63,857 nt of DNA from an uncultured Spirochaetales bacterium (GTDB taxonomy: Bacteria; Spirochaetota; Spirochaetia; Sphaerochaetales; Sphaerochaetaceae), in assembly GCA_945932505.1 (NCBI GenBank), contig CAMEQB010000001.1, positions 1-63,857 of the forward strand. The letters run 5' to 3'. Under the pieces are notes generated by a model that saw only the letters and a program-made list of their open reading frames with translations, ran no database searches and was not told the origin of the DNA. The position numbers were made by a program, and so were the translations under genes. Below are positions 28,103 through 37,149 of this stretch, piece after piece (the first letter of the stretch is position 1; each line of letters starts with the position of its first letter).

Positions 28103-30568
28103 TTAATCCTCACCCAAATCAACTGCTCTTTCGTAGGCTGAGAGAATACCATTTATTCTTTTTCTCGCCGTCTTCCTGCTTTTTGGGATCATCTCCAATA
28201 GGGAAGATAGAGAATATATAGTCTCCCTTACGCCGCTTTCAATGGAAGCTTCAGGAATTAAGGAATACTTACCTTCATTCTCTCTTAAAGAGAGGAATAC
28301 AAAGTTATTCTTTCCACTTTTATAAGGCTTCAAGAGATAAGTGAGGAATGAGATGATCTCATCGTCGCTGGATTCCGGTGTTATAGCCTTCTTAGGTTTA
28401 TCTTTGAGAGGATCCTTCTTTATTGGAATGAGGGAGAGTTCTTTGTCTATTTTACTTGTCTTCACGCTTTTTAAGCTGATACAGTTGCCGCACTTAAGCC
28501 AAATCTGGACACTTGATCTTGTCTTGATCTGTGGTAAGTCGGTAAGAGGAACGACGAACTTCCCTTTACCTTTATGTGATGAACCGACTCTATAGGGCTC
28601 TAGGGATGCTACGCTGGTATTTGGTCCTTTGACCTTAGCTTTGACTTCTTTCTTCTTTTCTCCATTTTTCTTTTCAAGCTCCTTCAATAGGAAAGGATCT
28701 ATGGCATTAATCCACATAGGTTTTAATGGAGAAACGGATCTGGCATACATTTTTGTAGTTTGTACAATCTCTCCTGCAAGAATGTATTCAGGCTTATTTG
28801 AGAACCAGGATGATCCGGGATGAATCAATATCTCATCGGCTTTTACAGAGCGGTATGAGAATTTATCTACACGCTTACAAATGTATTGTCTTAAGCCGGA
28901 AGCGAGACAGATTAGGTATTCTCCTATATTTGTCTTTCCTTCCACTACAGGTAAGCCGATCTCTTCCACAATCTCCAATAACTGAGACTTTATATGGCAG
29001 ATTTCATCCATAGTCTGCTTATCCAGGTATCTGTTGTTGCAGAAAGACTCTCTTGTCTTTTCTCCTCTTATAGATTCATATCGCTTATAGAGATTAAGCC
29101 AGGCGGCAAAGTCGCCGTTGGGGTTATCTACAAGAGAGTGGTGAACATCCCTTGCTTCAAGCTCTTCCCCTGGTGGCATTATAAAAGGAGTCTTTGTAGA
29201 AAGGAAAGCCACTGCAATAGATACATCAGAAATGGAGGAAGGGTAGTTAAGTATAGCTTCCACCATTACTCTCGATAACCTTGGAATAAGAGGGAAGCGA
29301 ATCATCAATTCACCGATCTTCGTTAAGTGTAGGTTGTCTTTTACAGCCCCGATATACTTGAGAGTGTCTATGGCTGATTCCAGCGCCTTAGATTGCGGCG
29401 GTGTGATGAAAGGGAAGGATGTAAGGTTATATATTCCCAACTCACACATTCTAAGTACTACTTCAGCCAAATCGGAGTGAAGTATTTCTTCCTCACTGTA
29501 CTCTCTTCGTCTATTGTAGTTCTCTTCGTTATATAATCTCCAACATACCCCGGGAGCTGTTCTTCCAGCCCTTCCTTTTCTTTGGTCTGCAGATGCCTTT
29601 GAGATTAGTGATGGGATCAAAGCCGATGTAAAGTTTCTCTGGTTATAATAGTTTATCTTGCACCAGCCTGAGTCGATGACGCATCTGATGCCGTCGATAG
29701 TAAGGCTTGTCTCTGCAATGTTTGTGGATACCACCACCTTTGTGTGTCCTGGAGTGGTTGGAGTAAAGACCTTTTCTTGGTCTTCTTTACTTAGTCTTCC
29801 ATATAAGGGGTAGATATCCAGCTCTCTAGCATCCATCAGCTCCGATCCATATAGAGATTGGATGCAAGTCTTGATCTCCGCTTCTCCTGGTAGGAAAACC
29901 AGTACATCTCCGCCGTCTTCCTTTTCATGTACACTTTTTATGATCGCTTGTATCTGTAGGTAGTATTCTTCTTCATGCTCTTTATCTAAAGTCATAGGCT
30001 TATAAAATACAGAGACAGGATAAGGACGGGAGTCTATAGAGACGATTGGGGCGGAGTCGAAGAAGGATGAAAAGACCTGGGTGTTTATTGTTGCAGATGA
30101 GATTATTATCTTCAGATCTTTTCTTTCTCTTATTATTTCTTTTAATAGTCCAAGGATAAAGTCTATGTTCAGGCTCCGTTCATGGGCCTCGTCCACCATT
30201 ATGACACTATAACGGGAAAGAATTGGATCATCCTTTACTTCCTGAAGAAGTATCCCGTCTGTCATAATCTTTATTCTTGTGTTTTTATCTGTAGTGTCAT
30301 GAAAGCGCATTGTATATCCGCAATATGTGCCTTCATCATTAATCTGTTTCTTTATGTACTCCGAGACGCTCATTGCGGCGATGCGCCTTGGCTGTGTTAT
30401 TCCTATTACCCCCAGCTCTGCATATCCTGCGTCTTTGAGAATAAGAGGAATCTGAGTTGTCTTACCACTACCGGTAGGGCTCTCCACGACAATGACTTGA
30501 TTGTTGGAGAGAGCCGTTAATATCTCGTTTCTATGTCTGTAAACGGGTAGGTCTTGATATTGTGTCAA
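28103..30568 (-). CDS. hrpA: DEAH-box ATP-dependent RNA helicase (HrpA/HrpB-like)
   Basis: Motifs GSGKTTQIP, DEAHERS, SATI, TNIAETSLTIDG and QRKGRAGR, followed by HA2/OB-like C-terminal regions. Confidence 0.9.
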   Translation of the reverse strand: MTQYQDLPVYRHRNEILTALSNNQVIVVESPTGSGKTTQIPLILKDAGYAELGVIGITQPRRIAAMSVSEYIKKQINDEGTYCGYTMRFHDTTDKNTRIKIMTDGILLQEVKDDPILSRYSVIMVDEAHERSLNIDFILGLLKEIIRERKDLKIIISSATINTQVFSSFFDSAPIVSIDSRPYPVSVFYKPMTLDKEHEEEYYLQIQAIIKSVHEKEDGGDVLVFLPGEAEIKTCIQSLYGSELMDARELDIYPLYGRLSKEDQEKVFTPTTPGHTKVVVSTNIAETSLTIDGIRCVIDSGWCKINYYNQRNFTSALIPSLISKASADQRKGRAGRTAPGVCWRLYNEENYNRRREYSEEEILHSDLAEVVLRMCELGIYNLTSFPFITPPQSKALESAIDTLKYIGAVKDNLHLTKIGELMIRFPLIPRLSRVMVEAILNYPSSISDVSIAVAFLSTKTPFIMPPGEELEARDVHHSLVDNPNGDFAAWLNLYKRYESIRGEKTRESFCNNRYLDKQTMDEICHIKSQLLEIVEEIGLPVVEGKTNIGEYLICLASGLRQYICKRVDKFSYRSVKADEILIHPGSSWFSNKPEYILAGEIVQTTKMYARSVSPLKPMWINAIDPFLLKELEKKNGEKKKEVKAKVKGPNTSVASLEPYRVGSSHKGKGKFVVPLTDLPQIKTRSSVQIWLKCGNCISLKSVKTSKIDKELSLIPIKKDPLKDKPKKAITPESSDDEIISFLTYLLKPYKSGKNNFVFLSLRENEGKYSLIPEASIESGVRETIYSLSSLLEMIPKSRKTARKRINGILSAYERAVDLGED

Positions 30569-31851
30569 ATTATAATACCTTCCACTGCTTCAGATACATT
30601 AGAATACTCTTTTGTCTCTCTTGTTTTATGACACTTGAGAGCTACTGTATTTTCTTTGAAAGAAAGAGAGTAAGGGATGGAGTTTTTATCCGCATAATCG
30701 AAGATTCTCTTGCTCTTATGCTCTGGAGAGAGATAAACGTCTGTCCTTATTCCCTTGTCCCTCAATACTCTTGCAGCTTTCTCTGCCTTCTCGATTTCTT
30801 CCGGCCTATAGATGATCATTACGTCTGCACTGGAGTTGTTTGATAGTAATGGACTCTTCAGTTCCTCTAGGCCTGCTAAAAGTCTATCTAGACCTATGGA
30901 AGATCCCACTCCCGGTAGGTTTTCTTTTGTATAGAGAGAAGCTAGATTATTGTATCTTCCTCCTGAGCATACTGAGCCAAGTGTCGGGAGATCTGTAAGG
31001 AATGTCTCATAGACGATTCCTGTATAGTAGTCGAGACCACGTGTGATGGAAGGGTCCAGAATAAATGCGTCAGATATCTCTGTAGCTTCCAAGAGGTTAT
31101 AGATTTCTCTTAGTCTTACAGATCCTGGACAACTCCCGCCGCAGAGAGTCTCCAGCTTCTCAAGTCTCTCCAAGAAGCCGGCGTTTTCGTCTGGTGTGAT
31201 GTAAGTAAGAATATCTTCGGCTTTTCCCTCGTCATGGATAATATCTACAAGAATATTCTTTACTTCGTCTCTTCCGATCTTCATCAGCTTATCTACAGCC
31301 CTTAGAATATCTGTAGAATGCTCCATTACTCCCAACTTCTCCAAGAATGTGTTGAACATACCCCTATGTGAGATATGGAAAGAGTATCTTTCAATACCAA
31401 GAAGGTGGAAAGAGTGGTGCATCATAGATAGGATTTCATAGTCTGCCTGGGTGTTGTCTACACCTACGATATCGAAGTCACACTGAATAAACTCTCTGTA
31501 TCTTCCCTTCTGAGGTTTTTCACCTCTCCATACTTTATTTATATGATAACGCTTGAAAGGGAGGGCCAACTCAGACGAATGGGCTGCCATGAAGCGGGCG
31601 AATGGCACTGTAAGGTCGAAGCGCATTGCAACTTCTCTTCCGCCGTTGTCTTCAAAACGGAAGACTTGCTTGTCTGTCTCTCCGCCACCTTTTCCCAATA
31701 GTACGGAGGAATACTCCAGGACAGGAGTATCGATTGGAACAAAACCATAGGACTGGAAACCTTTTTCCAGTGTCTCTGTTATCTTTCTTTTTGGCATTTC
31801 CTCTTTAGGCATACTGTCTCTGAAGCCTTTAAGGATTATTGGATCTATCAT
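30565..31851 (-). CDS. hisS: histidine--tRNA ligase
   Basis: Class II motifs (KGFRD, RYREF.Q.D.D..G, GGRYN.L) and an anticodon-binding C-terminal domain. Confidence 0.95.
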   Translation of the reverse strand: MIDPIILKGFRDSMPKEEMPKRKITETLEKGFQSYGFVPIDTPVLEYSSVLLGKGGGETDKQVFRFEDNGGREVAMRFDLTVPFARFMAAHSSELALPFKRYHINKVWRGEKPQKGRYREFIQCDFDIVGVDNTQADYEILSMMHHSFHLLGIERYSFHISHRGMFNTFLEKLGVMEHSTDILRAVDKLMKIGRDEVKNILVDIIHDEGKAEDILTYITPDENAGFLERLEKLETLCGGSCPGSVRLREIYNLLEATEISDAFILDPSITRGLDYYTGIVYETFLTDLPTLGSVCSGGRYNNLASLYTKENLPGVGSSIGLDRLLAGLEELKSPLLSNNSSADVMIIYRPEEIEKAEKAARVLRDKGIRTDVYLSPEHKSKRIFDYADKNSIPYSLSFKENTVALKCHKTRETKEYSNVSEAVEGIII

Positions 31852-31977
31852 AATTTCTCCTGAATATACTCTTATGATAGATTATTTCCCGATTTAAGTG
31901 AAAGATAGGGAATAATCAAAAGAAGCCATTTATCCTACTCTTGTTTCACTTTCTCATAATCATTAATATGTTTTAAC

Positions 31978-33183
31978 GTGTTCGTAAGATACAAGACAGA
32001 CAAAAACGGGAAATCTGTTCCCGTATGCAAAGTATACACAGCTAAAGAGCATCCTGTCAGAAATAGTATGATCGATAAGGATGCGCTTTGGGCTATAAAG
32101 AAGATACAGAATGCCGGAGGAGAAGCTTACATAGTGGGTGGAGCCATCCGTGACATTATGCTTGGCAATACTCCAAAAGATTTCGATATCGGCACATCCC
32201 TCTCTCCAAGACAGGTACAACGTCTATTTTGGAACAGCAGGATTATTGGTAAGAGATTTAGGATAGTCCACCTTTTCTTTGGTGATAAAATAATTGAAGT
32301 CACCACCTTCCGCTCCGACGAAGAGAATTTTGGAGAAGGCAACAATAACGTCTGGGGTACTATAGAGCAGGATGCAAGACGAAGAGACTTCTCGATTAAT
32401 AGCCTATATTATAATCCTCAAAAGTGTGAGCTCTTGGATTTTGGTACCAGCATGGAGGACTTTGAGAAAAAAATAATCAGGTCTCTTATTCCTCTTAAGT
32501 ATTCATTTATAGAAGACCCAGTGAGAATGATACGTGCCGTGAAGTATAAGGTCACTACAGGTTTCTCTCTTAAGTGGGATGTAAAGCTTGCTCTCCTTAG
32601 AAATGCTTCTAATCTTCAGAACTGCCCTGCATCCAGATTGACTGAAGAAGTTGTGAAGATACTATCTTCAGGTCACTCTGCCGATATTTTCCATACTATG
32701 TATCAGTATAGGCTGCTACAATATCTTCTTCCCGCTTATGCTGTACACTCTGAGCTTCCAAGTATGGGAGAGAGCTTGAGAATTCTGGATGACAAAGTAA
32801 AGAATGCTATTGAAAATGGCTTGGAGAAACCTGGAAAGGCAGAGATGTTCTACTATATGATTCGCTCTGCAATTATCATCGACCCATCTCTTTCCCTGGG
32901 GTGGGACGAATATATGAAGGATGCATTTAGACAGGCGAAAGTAATGCTTAGCCCAATTACTCCAGCCAACTTCGAGCTTGAGAGAGCCGTCACTCTTCTT
33001 CTCTCAGAGAAGGGAATAAGATGCAATAAGCCGAAGAAAAAGAAAAAAGCACAGAAGAGTGCTTCCTTGGATGCAGAAAAGGCTGTGAACCCGAAAGTAA
33101 AGAGAAGAAAGCGCAAGAAGCAGAGTAATGCCAAGTCAAAAGAAATAATAGAGAAAGTGAATATGGAAGAAAAGGCGGAGTAA
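31978..33183 (+). CDS. pcnB: poly(A) polymerase I-like nucleotidyltransferase
   Basis: GGEAYIVGGAIRDIMLG.TPKDFDI.T, GKRFRIVHL.FG..IIEVTTFR and RRDFSINSLYY are a PcnB-type head domain. Lys/Arg-rich C-terminal tail. GTG start. Confidence 0.82.
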   Translation: MFVRYKTDKNGKSVPVCKVYTAKEHPVRNSMIDKDALWAIKKIQNAGGEAYIVGGAIRDIMLGNTPKDFDIGTSLSPRQVQRLFWNSRIIGKRFRIVHLFFGDKIIEVTTFRSDEENFGEGNNNVWGTIEQDARRRDFSINSLYYNPQKCELLDFGTSMEDFEKKIIRSLIPLKYSFIEDPVRMIRAVKYKVTTGFSLKWDVKLALLRNASNLQNCPASRLTEEVVKILSSGHSADIFHTMYQYRLLQYLLPAYAVHSELPSMGESLRILDDKVKNAIENGLEKPGKAEMFYYMIRSAIIIDPSLSLGWDEYMKDAFRQAKVMLSPITPANFELERAVTLLLSEKGIRCNKPKKKKKAQKSASLDAEKAVNPKVKRRKRKKQSNAKSKEIIEKVNMEEKAE

Positions 33184-33194
33184 TCCGCCTTCTC

Positions 33195-34049
33195 TTATCC
33201 CCATTCCTCTATTTCTATAGATACAGACTTCACCATTATGGAGCCGAACTTCTCCAAGCAGTCAGCTATATATTGCTGTAGGTCTGAGATAGTTGTGGAG
33301 ATATAGTGGCGCATAGGAAGTTGGATTGTTAGAGAGATAGAGTAGGTGCTGTCAGTGTTTTTTACTCCCTTCACCTTCTTTACTTTCATTACGCTGTCAT
33401 ATTCACTGATGGCATGCTTCACCATCTGGGTGAGGGCAACTTCCGATACGGCATCATTAGCAGGTCTGGAGAATTCAGGTCTCACGATGGTCTTCTCACT
33501 GACAGCAGCTTTTCTTCCTTTCTTTCTTCCCAGTTTTACTCTGATGGAGTCGAATACAATCTGAGGTGCGGAGCGTGTGATTTCAATGGAAGGGACAGGA
33601 ATGACGTGCTTACCCTCTGTGAATCTGATGTGCATTGCGGTCTCAATGTCTTCTGGGCTTGCTACGTCTTCTATATGAATGATTTTTGCCGGTGAGGGTA
33701 GATCCAGACGGCTGGCTATCTTCACTACCATCTTCTCGCTGGTTCCGATGATAAGGATTCTTTTATATTTCTCTTTTAATAGGGCGGAGACTATTTGGTC
33801 TCTATGGTCCTGGTCATCAAATACAGCTGTTTTTACTGCAGCCATAAAGTTGGAATCCTGCTTTGCAGAGTGGCCTGCAAGAATACGGTCCCCCTTTATT
33901 AAGAGTCCGTCATCGATGATCAAGCTTATATTATATTTTGCAGCAACCTGTTTCGAGTGATAGCTTTTTCCCGTACCTGAACGACCGACAAGTCCATATA
34001 CGGTTATTTTTTTTATTCTTGAAAATAGAAACTCGAAAACGCGGTTCAT
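33195..34049 (-). CDS. hypothetical P-loop NTPase fused to an Asp23/Gls24-like C-terminal domain
   Basis: Walker A GLVGRSGTGKS and a Walker B-like LIIDDG in the N-terminal half. The C-terminal about 95 aa (VSEVALTQMVKHAISEYDSVMKV....YSISLTIQL......ISDLQQYIADCLEKF.....SVSIEIEE) resembles the Asp23 fold pattern. Confidence 0.6.
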   Translation of the reverse strand: MNRVFEFLFSRIKKITVYGLVGRSGTGKSYHSKQVAAKYNISLIIDDGLLIKGDRILAGHSAKQDSNFMAAVKTAVFDDQDHRDQIVSALLKEKYKRILIIGTSEKMVVKIASRLDLPSPAKIIHIEDVASPEDIETAMHIRFTEGKHVIPVPSIEITRSAPQIVFDSIRVKLGRKKGRKAAVSEKTIVRPEFSRPANDAVSEVALTQMVKHAISEYDSVMKVKKVKGVKNTDSTYSISLTIQLPMRHYISTTISDLQQYIADCLEKFGSIMVKSVSIEIEEWG

Positions 34050-34119
34050 CCCTTAATTCTCTATCGTAATAGTGAAATATGGCAACTACTTTTTGCTTTC
34101 TACTGAAAGAATCACACTT

Positions 34120-34164
34120 AGAAAAAAAGAAAAAAAGAGATTCCTGATTGAACTCAGGAATCTC
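34120..34164 (-). terminator. strong intrinsic terminator after the downstream mgtE
   Basis: On the minus strand, a perfect 11-bp stem gagattcctga / tcaggaatctc (34137-34164) with a 6-nt loop, followed by TTTTTTTCTTTTTTT. Confidence 0.8.
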
Positions 34165-34170
34165 AATCTC

Positions 34171-35574
34171 TCAACCTCCGAAGCCCATAAGGCGAATAAG
34201 CAGGAGGTAAGCCAAGCCGTAGTATGTTACGACGGCTACAAGGTCGTTTACTGTTGTGATAAGTGGTCCTGATGCAACAGCAGGGTCAACGCCGATCTTC
34301 TTGAAGAAAATAGGGATAACCGTGCCCATGGCTGTAGACATAGTCATGGAGACAAGAAGAGCGATGGCTGTGCAGCCTGAGACGCTGAAAGCATACAAAA
34401 GGTTACCGTCTTTAAGGAAATAAATATAAAGACCAAGGACCAGGAATGATGTAAGACCAAGAATGGTACCGTTTCCAAAACCTATTCTTGTTTCTTTCCA
34501 CATTAACTTTAGTTTATCCATCGTGGTCAGGTTTTCATCTGTCAAGACTCTGATGGTGACGGCAAGAGACTGGGTTCCTGAGTTACCTGTCATACCAAGT
34601 ACAAGGGACTGGAACGCAATAAGAATAGAGAGTTTCTGTGCAACAAAGTCGAAAAGCCCTACAACAGAAGAGACAAGCATACCTAGGAACAACAGGATGG
34701 TCAGCCAAGGTAGACGTTTTTTCAAGCTCTGTCCCACAGTTTCATTCAAGTCTTCTACGTCTCCAAGGGAAGCGAACTTAGCGTAATCGTCTTTCATGGA
34801 GTCGTCGATGACTTCCACCATATCCTGGCTAGTGATGACACCAAGTAGCTTATTTGATTGATCAAGAACAGGGATGGAATCCTCTGCGTAATCCTTGATC
34901 TTATTCATGGTGTCGTCAATGAGTTCGTGGGCATAGACGTAAGGGTAGGAAGTGGAGACGATAGAGTCTATTGTGTTTCCTTCCCTTGCCCTGATAAGGT
35001 CTTTTAAGTCTATTGCGCCATAATACAGGCCATTGGAGTCCACTACATAAATGGTCTGGATGTTGTCATTTTCAGCAGCCTGCTCAATGAGTTCCCTCAT
35101 TGCTTCTTTTATGCTTGTGCCTGTTTTTACTTCGATGAAGTTTGTGGTCATTATTGATCCGATTTCGTCTTCATCGAAGGATGCCAGAAGGGCGATGTCC
35201 TTTCTTGCGTCATCATCCATAAACTCAATGAGTGTAGTTCTCTCCCCCTTAGGAAGAGACTTCAAATACTCTGTAGCCTTGTCTGTTTCAAGATCGCTGA
35301 GAACGGCAATCTTCTTTTTGACACTGATTTCATTAAGGTAGGTAGATATGTTTTCAGTGTATTCAAAGATATTTGCCAGTGTTTCTGAGTCAAGGATACG
35401 ATATAGCTTTCCTCTGTCTTCAGGAGAAAGCCTATCCATGGCATCTGCAATATCGTTCTCATGATAACCCATGACCTTCTCTTTCAGGGCCATTGGTGAA
35501 ATGTTACTTTTGATTATTTCTACTAGCTCGCCTGCATAATCTGGATGCTGGCCGCTCTGAATTTCCGGATCCAT
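34171..35574 (-). CDS. mgtE: magnesium transporter MgtE (copy 1, downstream)
   Basis: MgtE N-domain, tandem CBS region, and TM domain with GNSGTQSLAV and GVDPAVASGPLITTVNDL. Confidence 0.94.
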   Translation of the reverse strand: MDPEIQSGQHPDYAGELVEIIKSNISPMALKEKVMGYHENDIADAMDRLSPEDRGKLYRILDSETLANIFEYTENISTYLNEISVKKKIAVLSDLETDKATEYLKSLPKGERTTLIEFMDDDARKDIALLASFDEDEIGSIMTTNFIEVKTGTSIKEAMRELIEQAAENDNIQTIYVVDSNGLYYGAIDLKDLIRAREGNTIDSIVSTSYPYVYAHELIDDTMNKIKDYAEDSIPVLDQSNKLLGVITSQDMVEVIDDSMKDDYAKFASLGDVEDLNETVGQSLKKRLPWLTILLFLGMLVSSVVGLFDFVAQKLSILIAFQSLVLGMTGNSGTQSLAVTIRVLTDENLTTMDKLKLMWKETRIGFGNGTILGLTSFLVLGLYIYFLKDGNLLYAFSVSGCTAIALLVSMTMSTAMGTVIPIFFKKIGVDPAVASGPLITTVNDLVAVVTYYGLAYLLLIRLMGFGG

Positions 35575-35745
35575 TGTCCTTCACCTCCTACTAGATTTTG
35601 GAGGCGGATCGTCTTGCTACCTGGGACGTCGAATGCGACGGGTACCCAGAGGAACTTCGCTGTCTGAACCGCCTAAATTGACTATACTTCCAGTACCGTC
35701 GTCCATTCTTTTCTCCTTATATTTTTTGGCCTAGGCCAAAGAAAT
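35575..35745 (-). promoter_or_regulatory. structured leader of mgtE copy 1 (uORF plus SD-sequestering helix); class unknown
   Basis: In the minus-strand RNA, AGGCGG (35674-35669) can pair with CCGCCU (35607-35602). The overlapping CGCCUCC can instead pair with the mgtE SD GGAGGUG (35589-35583). There is an internal hairpin CGUCG-CAUU-CGACG flanked by CUGGG/CCCAG. Confidence 0.4.
35617..35706 (-). CDS. candidate 29-aa leader peptide (uORF) MDDGTGSIVNLGGSDSEVPLGTRRIRRPR
   Basis: AAGGAG (35718-35713), a 6-nt spacer, then ATG at 35706. The TAG stop at 35619-35617 lies 42 nt before the mgtE ATG. A related uORF precedes the other mgtE copy. Confidence 0.3.
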   Translation of the reverse strand: MDDGTGSIVNLGGSDSEVPLGTRRIRRPR

Positions 35746-35790
35746 ATTAACTCTTAACAACTATGGTTTTCCACACATTTTTCATTTTTT

Positions 35791-37149
35791 TTAAAAGTGT
35801 AGCAGTTTTTTCAACACTAAATAGACGAGAGTGTAGTAGGAGCATGCTCCCACAAGGTCATTTAGCGTGGTGATCAGAGGTCCTGATGCCACGGCGGGGT
35901 CTACTCCGATTTTCTCCATTACAATAGGAATAATGGCTCCTATTGTATTTGAAAGCGTCATTGCAACCACTAGAGAAATGGCAATGCATACAGAAAGGGA
36001 GATAGAGTACTTTATTCCGTTTCCACTACGTAGAAATATATATGGAAATAAGACCAATATAGCTCCCAAGCCAAGGATAAGACCCGAAATAAGGCCTGTA
36101 GATAACTCCTTTTTCAGCATTGTCAGTTTTTCTTTCCCTGTCAATTCTCTTCCAGAAAGTGCTCTGACTGCCACTGCCAAGGTCTGGGTCCCGGAGTTTC
36201 CTGTCATATCGAGGATAAGGGACTGGAAGGAGAATACCATAACAAGGCCTAAAGCCAAAGATGAGAGAAAACCTATGGATGAAGATACTATCATTCCTAG
36301 ACCCAATAGTATAAAGAGCCAAGGGAGCCTTGCCTTCATGGATGATATTACTCCAGCGTTTTTGTCTTCTCCTACAGAAGCAAGCTTTCTGTAGTCTTCA
36401 GCCATCTCCCTCTCCACTGTATCCATAAGACTTTGTCTTGTTACAGCACCTATGGTCTTTCCCTCCTCATCAATTACTGGAAATGATGAGAGGTTATAAT
36501 CTTTGATCCATTCCAATGTCTTAGATAGCTTTGCTGAGGCTGAGACATATGGAAAAGAAGTAGTTGCCACTTCAGAGAGTATTTGGTCCCCAGGAGAGCG
36601 GAGAATATCAAGAAGGTCTACTTCTCCATAGAGTCCTTCTCCTTCATCGGTGAGAAAAACAGTCCTAATGTTATCTTTACCTTCAGCTTCTTCCCTTATT
36701 TTTTCGAAGGCATCACTGATCGTGGTGGATTTATCTAAGAGAATAAAGTCGTCGGACATGATGGAGCCAACTTCATCTGGAGAGTATCTCAGACGCTTTT
36801 GAAAACTCTTTCCAGACATCTCCATCACCATGACTCTTTTTTCAGGCTCCAGTAGAGAGAGAAGCTCCGTGGCTTTTTCTTCATCCATAATTGAGATGAC
36901 ACCGCTCTCTTTCTTTGTGCTCATTTCCAAAAACCATTCTAAGGGCGAACCTGATGTTTCTATTATTTCTGCACACTTATCGTCGCTTAAGAGAGTCCAA
37001 GCCTTTTTTCTGTCTTCTTCATCTAAATTTGAGATCTTGATAAATAAATCTTCCCTACTTAGCTTATTTAATTCGTTTTTAAAAGCTAATGGAGAGATAA
37101 CGACCTTGTTTGCAGGCTTTACCTGCTGTTCTTCTTTTTTCTTTGTCAT
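35791..37149 (-). CDS. mgtE: magnesium transporter MgtE (copy 2, upstream)
   Basis: Same architecture as copy 1, with GNSGTQTLAV and GVDPAVASGPLITTLNDL. Confidence 0.94.
   Translation of the reverse strand: MTKKKEEQQVKPANKVVISPLAFKNELNKLSREDLFIKISNLDEEDRKKAWTLLSDDKCAEIIETSGSPLEWFLEMSTKKESGVISIMDEEKATELLSLLEPEKRVMVMEMSGKSFQKRLRYSPDEVGSIMSDDFILLDKSTTISDAFEKIREEAEGKDNIRTVFLTDEGEGLYGEVDLLDILRSPGDQILSEVATTSFPYVSASAKLSKTLEWIKDYNLSSFPVIDEEGKTIGAVTRQSLMDTVEREMAEDYRKLASVGEDKNAGVISSMKARLPWLFILLGLGMIVSSSIGFLSSLALGLVMVFSFQSLILDMTGNSGTQTLAVAVRALSGRELTGKEKLTMLKKELSTGLISGLILGLGAILVLFPYIFLRSGNGIKYSISLSVCIAISLVVAMTLSNTIGAIIPIVMEKIGVDPAVASGPLITTLNDLVGACSYYTLVYLVLKKLLHF

Noticed and set aside
28095-28114. 8-bp hairpin ggtgagga-ttaa-tcctcacc between aroB and the convergent helicase gene.
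   Set aside because: It overlaps the helicase stop codon and last codons and lacks a U-tract on either strand. It may aid 3'-end stability but is not called as a terminator.
35761-35775. Single DnaA-box-like sequence TTTTCCACA.
   Set aside because: It is an isolated one-mismatch match with no cluster of boxes, no AT-rich unwinding element, and no dnaA or dnaN nearby.
35575-35790. Expected M-box (ykoK) Mg2+ riboswitch upstream of mgtE.
   Set aside because: I could not find the conserved M-box blocks as I remember them (AGGUGAGGC, GCUGCCC, GAGAGACGC, CAGUGCUAAAGCUC) in either leader. They are treated instead as an unclassified leader. This needs an Infernal scan to be sure.
35867-36394. 175-aa ORF antisense to mgtE copy 2; also the 180-aa ORF at 40662-41204 antisense to rnfE/rnfA.
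   Set aside because: These are antisense frames of strongly supported membrane-protein genes. Hydrophobic-gene antisense frames are often open by composition.
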